NCBI RefSeq assembly: GCF_000181795.1
Contig: NW_003526945.1
Location: forward strand, 4,010,264 to 4,063,084
Direction: 5' to 3'
Length of the DNA: 52,821 bases
From: Trichinella spiralis
Lineage: Eukaryota
Shown: positions 46,201 through 52,821 of the stretch, piece by piece
Layout: every line of letters begins with the position of its first letter
How positions within the stretch are numbered: the first letter of the stretch is position 1
Translations under genes and position numbers: made by a program
The notes under the pieces: model-generated
What the model saw: only the letters and a program-made list of their open reading frames with translations
Told to the model about the DNA's origin: nothing
The model's database searches: none

Positions 46201-47792
46201 CCTACCCTGCTTGTATTCAAATCTTGAGGAATGTTCAGCTTTGAAAAAAGATGTAAAACTAAACATGGTTACATCTGGCAGATTGTTTTCATTCAGAGCA
46301 AATTCTAAATTCATTGCTAAATTGTTTGTTGCAAAATTCACCCCATCTAACACATAAGCCAACAATTTCTCATGACAAATATTCTTTTCGTCCAAAAGTT
46401 CTAGATCTTGGTCATCATTCTACAAAATATTTTTTGAAAAATCATTTCTGTGTATGATTTAAGAAATATTTAAAAGTTGTAATAAAAGATATGGCAATCA
46501 ACTCACTTGAACAATAATTCCTCGGTTAAGCAGATTTTGTTTTTTAGCTGTCATTGTAAAGTGATGCATATCCCCCTTGTGATAGGTGAAGTTTTCCAAC
46601 TCAATACCTGTATTTGCTTTCAGTTTTCGAAGGAAATTCAGGCCGTTGAAATATGACATATCATACAGACATTCGTTCATGAGTCCTTCCATTTTAGTAT
46701 TATTGTTAATAAAATTTGCTGTTATACCAATCGAAGATCTTTCTTGAAATTCTTTATATGAAAAGCCTTAATTTTGATTAAAAGTCAGAGAGCAAAATCT
46801 ATAATGCGAATTATTATAATTATTAACGTCTCACCTGTCACTGTATTTTGCTTTCCGCTGGCATCGATGAGAACGTTGAACTGATAATCAGCTAAAACAT
46901 GATTTTCAGGAATCAATGCTGCTTTCCAACCAGATACTAAATTACTTTCAGATTAGAAAAAATCACATAGATATACTGAAAAATGAAAAATTGAATTACT
47001 TTCACCATTGCTATTCATCTTAGGTTCAATGAGTTTATAAAACGCAACATTTTCATAAACTTCTACGCCCACAAGCAGTGCCACTTTTAATAAAATTAAC
47101 TGCAGTGATGAAACACCTTACAATGCAACAATTTAACGTTTACAAAAATGCCAATATCAGAAAAATCAGTTGTTCATTACTTATGTGAGTAGTAGAGCCA
47201 ACACTGAATTTTGGGTATAAGATCCTGGCCCCTAAGTTCTTTAAATCTTCTTTGGCATATGGCCATAAATGCAGCAAATTGTTGCGCACAAATGATTCTC
47301 TCTTCTCAAGCACAAAAACCTTCGCGCCAAGGAAGGCACACTCTATGGCCAAACGCAATCCACATGGACCAGCACCAACCACTAGCACCTTTATAATAGT
47401 AATGCACTGTTTAGCGCATTAAACAAAGATATCATTGGTTTATAATTACTCTTAAATCTTTTCCAGCTTGCTGATTTAAGTATTCTTTGTTCATATACCG
47501 TTTATCCAACATTTCCCAAAGTTGTTTCACTTTCCACCAATTGAACTTGTCTCTAATGCTAAACATTACATTTACATTCATTTCATAATCATGCAAATGC
47601 TAATAAAAATCAAACTGAATCCTGAAAATAATTTCAAACAGCTTACCTTTTGTAAAACTCGTAATTGTCAGAACGATTTGCTTTACACAAGCTAATCAGC
47701 TGACCATAGGCTACCAAAGCTGATTCTAACGTGGAGGCTTCAATAAACATCTTCATAGCTGTACGTAAACATTCAGTTTCAGTACGTTCCAT
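43212..47792 (-). CDS. MICAL: MICAL-family flavoprotein monooxygenase (MO domain + degenerate CH domain + 132-aa repeat tail), about 10 exons, final exon ~2.6 kb
   Basis: [95 protein letters not shown]....[13 protein letters not shown]-like LFNWLQ...[12 protein letters not shown]. Confidence 0.9.
43215..45100 (-). repeat. Coding tandem repeat, 396 bp (132 aa) period, ~4.8 copies, inside the MICAL final exon
   Basis: The anchor (C/T)GGCGTTCAA lies at 43519, 43915, 44311 and 44707, exactly 396 bp apart. Protein unit [26 protein letters not shown]...FQS.DS...QTP. Confidence 0.95.
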
Positions 47793-48905
47793 GCTCAGTC
47801 TTGAAATTAAACGTGTAGCTAAAAACAAAAGAAAATTTTGTAAATAAAATACGTTTAGATGATCGTCATTTAGAGAATAGTCGTATGAAAAGCTGAACAT
47901 TTATAATGAAGCATTAATTATCTAAATCAAGGAAATGCATTATCGAAATTAAGCAAAACATCTTACCGTATTCCACTTACCGAAACTGTTCTCTAACTGA
48001 GAATGGAAAAGGTAGCGGACTGAAAATTATTCCTGTGATAAACTTTTAAAGTTACAATTGTTTAAATTTAAAATGTTTGAATGTTCAAGGTTATTTTAAA
48101 ATGTACTTTAAAATACATCTCCATTTCAAAGTAAACGGGAATTATTTTTGATCTTTATTATTTATTAAATTTTATTATTAATAAATCGATTACTATTTAT
48201 TAAAATTCCAAATTTACTATTGTTGTACTTTTAATTCAATACAAGAAACGTAAGTATTAAATTAAAATAAAATTTACGCAGACAGTGAGAAATACATCCT
48301 AATTTGTGCTGAAATAAGATAAAATTAATTAGAAAACAAAAAGTTAATAATTACGATTTTATTTTTATTTGCTTAAGAGAAAGGAAACTGAAACAATGCA
48401 AAACAATGTAAACAATTGAAAAATGTAACAAACCGTCATGAAATACATGGAGAATTAATGTTTGATTTGCAAAGTATTTTAATGTTCAATGTAAATGTAT
48501 TTTCATTTGTTTTTCCATCAACAAAGCATTTTTATTAAGATAAAAAATATATTCACAAGTAAAATTTAATAAAATCAACATACATAAATACATGCATGCA
48601 TATATACATAGAAGAATTTCACACACACACACACACACGTGTAATAAAAATAAACAATTATGATTATGGATGTTTAAAAATAATTATTCGCGTAATCATT
48701 ATTTTAAAATTATTGTAAATTTGAAAGAAAATTTTTCCAAATTTTGCATCACTATAATGACTTTCTTGATGAGAACGATTCTTTCTTTGGTCATGACTTT
48801 TTCTTACAACTGTTTATGATGTTCCAGTATCTTTAAAGTATATATTGATCAAATCAAGCAAATAAGTAAAATTGACAACATTATTTCGACTTTACAGAAT
48901 AGATT

Positions 48906-49490
48906 TCACTTTTGCCTATTTTTAGCTGCCGATTTTTGTTTTAAATTAATCTGCATTTTAAAAGTGACTTTACGTTGTGCAGGAGATACTCCCAAGCCAT
49001 TTTCTTGATACCAAATAGCCTCTGTAGTGCTTAATTGATTTCGATCATTCAAATTGACGCTGTGATTATATTTCTTTAACGGTTTTGCAGACTTTTTGTT
49101 TTTTTCATTGCTGAACAATGGAGACTTTTTATCATGGTAATTAGGCTTTATATTCAGAAATAGAAAACTATTTTCATCATCATCATCATCATAATCGTCT
49201 CCCACTGATACTTGGCAGCTGCTGTCTTTTAGATTGGAATTGTTGAAAATCAGCTCGAAAAAATGCGAAATTGCGAAATCGACATCTCATAAAGACATAC
49301 AAATGATTTGGCGTCATCTTTGCTTTTGAATTGTATTTTGATCTTTGATTTTTGTTTATCCGTTTATATTTACTAAAACCTTCTTGATCTGGAAATGAAA
49401 TTTTGAACGGTGTCTTTGGAGAATACCAACGAAAAAGAAAATAAGAAGTGAAATAGAAACGATAGTGAGCGCAACGTGGTGCCCCCATTT
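48906..49490 (-). CDS. Possible exons of an uncharacterised single-pass membrane protein (49490-49380 and 49253-~48974); 5' end not found
   Basis: The 111-nt AG/GT-bounded exon reads KWGHHVALTIVSISLLIFFFVGILQRHRSKFHFQIKK (hydrophobic helix followed by a basic stretch). It splices in phase 0 to the open frame LIFNNSNLKDSSCQVSVGDDYDDDDDEN... Confidence 0.35.
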
Positions 49491-49837
49491 CTAGTAAATA
49501 AAACAGTTACCGGATACTACGCATAAAACTCCGGTCATAAGACCCTCACAAAGTATCTATCGCACACTTCCCATCTCCAAACCGGCGATGATGCAACTAA
49601 AAAGATATCAGCAGCTCAAGAAGCTTCTGTTGTGTGAGATGTTAGAACATTCCTACCGAATCTACCGAAACCAGTGCCCTGCAGCGATAGCAGACGAAGA
49701 AGCAAATTGATGTATCATTTGAAGAGATAGCCATGGTTAAAAACGGAGCCTCGACGAGCGTTCAACTCGCCGATCAGAAAAAAATAAGGAAAGTAATGGC
49801 CCTGAAGACTACGGATACTAAAGGAAAGGCGCCGGCT

Positions 49838-51638
49838 ATGAGAAGAGCGCGTAGGTCATAAGAAAATCTGCCGCTGACATTTCTGTGATACATTACACCT
49901 AATATTACTGTGCATTCTGATGAATCACCTTAAATTTCCATACTTTTCGCATTACTACAACCCATTTTTTCAATTTTTTACCGTTTACATGTTTGTCATC
50001 CTTATTTTTCAATAACCAAAGCTTTCTATGAATCTGTTGTTTCGAGTTGCATGATTTTACCTAATTAATGTACAATTAAAGTGCATTACAACTCATATTG
50101 CATTTACATTCCCTTTTTTGCATACTAGCATGGTGGTGCGTTGCTTCGCATTTCGTCCAAAATTTGCTCGAGTAGTCTCTTTTCGCTCACACCGATTGTG
50201 ATTGGCAGATAAACAATTTTCAATTCCTCGATGGTCTCTTTTCGCTCACGCCGAACATGATTGCTTGGCACGGAATTTTCCAATTGCTCGACCGAGTCTC
50301 TTTTAGCTCACGCCGGCCGTTATTTACAAACGAGATTAGTGGAATGAAATCAGTTATGAGAAGAGCGCGTAGGTCAGAAGAAGATCTGCCCCTCACATTT
50401 CTGTGACACATTACACGCATATTACTGTACATTTTGATGACCACCTTAAATTTCCATACTTTTCGTATATACACTCATTTTTTCATTTTTTACCGTTTAC
50501 CTGTTTGTCATTCTTATTTTTTAACAAAAAATGCTTTCTATGAATCCGTTGTTTCCAGTTGCATGATTTTAACTAATTAATGGACAATTAAAGTGCCTTA
50601 CACGCATATTGCCTTTACCTTCCCCTTTTTTTGCCTACTAACGGGGGGGGGGGGCGGTGGCTTCCCAATTTCCCCCCAAAAAATTGGCTCCCAGGAATCC
50701 TCTTTTTCGTTTCCGCCCAATCCCGGGATTGGGAAGAAAACAGAAAGGCACCAACTGCCTCCGATGGATCTCCTTTTTCCCCTTCCCGCCAAACATGGAA
50801 TTGCTTTGGGCATGGAATTTTTTCCCAGATTTGCTTCCGACGCGGAAGTCCTCCTTTTANNNNNNNNNNACATTTCTGTGACACATTACACGCAATATTA
50901 CTGTACATTTTGATGAACCACCTTAAATTTCCATACTTTTCGTATTATTACAACTCATTTTTTCATTTTTTACCGTTTACGTGTTTGTCATTCTTATTTT
51001 TTAATAAACAGTGCTTTCTATGAATCTGTTGTTTCGAGTTGCATGATTTTAGCTAATTAATGTACAATTAAAGTGCATTACAACGCATATTGCATTTACA
51101 TTCCCTTTTTTGCATACTAGCGTGGTGGTGCGTTGCTTCGCATTTCGTCCAAAATTTGCTCGAGTAGTCTCTTTTCGCTCACGCCAATCGTGATTGGTAG
51201 ATACAGAATGCACAACTGCTCGATGATCTCTTTTCGCTCACGCAGAACATGATTGCTTGGCATGGAATTTTCCGATTGCTCGACGGAGTCTCTTTTAGCT
51301 CACGCCAGCCGTTATTTACAAACGAGACTCGTCTAATGAAATCAGTTATGAGAAGAGCCCGTAGGTCGGAAGAAAATCTGCCGCGACATTTCTGCGATGC
51401 ATTACACTGAATATTACTGTACATTCTGATGAACCACCTTAAATTTGCATACTTTTCGTATTACTACAACTCTTCTTTACATTTTTTACAGTTTACGTGT
51501 TAGTTGTGTCTACTTATTTTTCAATAAAAAGTGCTTACTATGAATCTGTTGTTTCCAGTTGCGTCATTTTATCTAATTAATGTACAATTAAAATGCATTA
51601 TGACTCATATTGTATTTACATTGCTTTTTAAGCATCCT
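49838..51638. repeat. ~516-518 bp tandem satellite, at least 3.5 copies, with internal 60-bp sub-repeats
   Basis: ATGAGAAGAGC.CGTAGGTC at 49838, 50356 and 51348. CATTTCTG.GA..CATTACAC at 49878, 50396, 50871 and 51387. Confidence 0.95.
50860..50869. other. Assembly gap (10 N) preceded by low-quality sequence
   Basis: Run of N. Bases 50600-50859 are a homopolymer-smeared version of the satellite unit. Confidence 0.97.
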
Positions 51639-52821
51639 AATTATTTTTGAATTATCTTTCAAAACAGAAAAAAAGCATGCAATTAATCTCAGTTTTCAGG
51701 TGTGACATCATTTAACTTATTTTGCATCCAATCCATGCAATCAATTTTGCATTTGTATACCGCTTTATACTTTCTAATTATGATTTTTATAAATTTTAAA
51801 ACTTTTTAACAAATTTCATCACTTAAGAAAAAATCAGTTTAATTGCATCGCTATCCTAATTCGCATAATACGGTGAATTACGGATTAATAAAAAATCGGG
51901 TTATAAGAAATTAAATCATCTTATGAAGTACAAAAACTCGGCTTCGGCGCATATAGTGAGGCTTCACTACGTCAAAACGAATTCTAATATCTGCATCACC
52001 ACAGAAACATACGAATTCATTTGGAGCAACCTCCACCAAACATACGCAATGGACAGGGTCATTGTGTAATGAGAAGTGTTTATGCGTTTGGCAAAGCTAC
52101 AATTAAATTTTCACCTCAAACAGAGGGCATTAAGTAAATAAAGAGCAATGAAAAATCTACAGTAGTCATATTTATCAGCAGAAATGAATAAAATAAAAAT
52201 TTGCATGCGAAGTCGTTCGCTTTATTGACCTAATAGAAATCATTTGAGTTTGAGGCCGTCCGTGGATGGTAGCTCAGCTTTTGGATTAGAAAATTGACTG
52301 AAGACAAACATTGAAGCCGAACACTATTTTTGCTTTTTATTCATTATTATTTTTTGGAATAATTAATTTAATCAACATTCAAATACAATGAACATTAACG
52401 ATGAGAAAATGGCGCATTTAGCAGTAAGTGGCAGTTTTTTCATTTTTAATTCATAATCACTTAACAATACAATAGAGAATCTATATTGATTAAATACACC
52501 CTGTACGCATTGTTTATCTATTATTAAAATACGATCTTTCGAAAATCACCTTTGCAGTAGCTGACATGCACTTTTAATTGACCATAAGCAAGCTTTTGCC
52601 CGTAAATTGTTCACTTAAAATTAACTTCATTTCAGCTACTTGGTTTTCTGACTTAAGAAAATTTTCCGATGTGCGTAGGTGTGTGTTGCTAAATTAATTT
52701 GTTTTGTGTGTGCGGTTTTTGTGAGATAGTTATATTTGTGTGATGATGTAAAGCGAGGTCATTTTTGATTTTCTATCGACTTGCCCTTTCCTTGTGGAAG
52801 ATTTACCCCTGCCTTTTTTTT

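Noticed and set aside
50165..50320. CRISPR-like appearance of the 60-bp sub-repeats
   Set aside because: Eukaryotic context, degenerate repeats, 'spacers' repeated in the next satellite unit, and no cas genes.
50593..51023. ORFs with poly-G/poly-P stretches crossing the N gap
   Set aside because: Artefacts of low-quality, homopolymer-smeared sequence of the satellite unit.

Overview
AT-rich, intron-containing eukaryotic genomic DNA, most likely from a nematode. The inference rests on a near-identical cal-1-type calmodulin-like protein, short 45-90 nt introns and TTTCAG/TTTTAG acceptors. A basal (clade I, Trichinella-like) species is likely but is not proven by the sequence. I assembled spliced models by hand with exon phases checked, except that for the ABC transporter and MICAL-type genes only some junctions were traced. 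Contents in order: a degenerate ~1.0-1.4 kb tandem repeat (1-3920); NAXE/APOA1BP (-); a RabX6-type Rab (+); intronless TMEM231 (+); cal-1 (+); a Rhes/Di-Ras-like GTPase (+); an orphan, probably secreted protein (-); ATG5 (-); a divergent XRCC1-like gene (+); a long MRP/ABCC transporter (-); an internally deleted pogo/Tigger-like transposon; a MICAL-type flavoprotein monooxygenase (-); a possible membrane-protein gene fragment; and a ~517 bp satellite spanning an assembly gap. There is no evidence of a prokaryote-type system such as CRISPR. The most unusual items are: (i) a MICAL whose LIM/bMERB tail appears replaced by about five exact-period 132-aa repeats; (ii) an XRCC1 that lacks BRCT2, has a degenerate BRCT1 phosphate pocket and ends in a duplicated exon-intron-exon tail; (iii) an orphan secreted pro-protein; (iv) two GC-AG introns; (v) a strong CpG-rich/CpG-poor mosaic. 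All family assignments come from remembered motifs, not from database searches.
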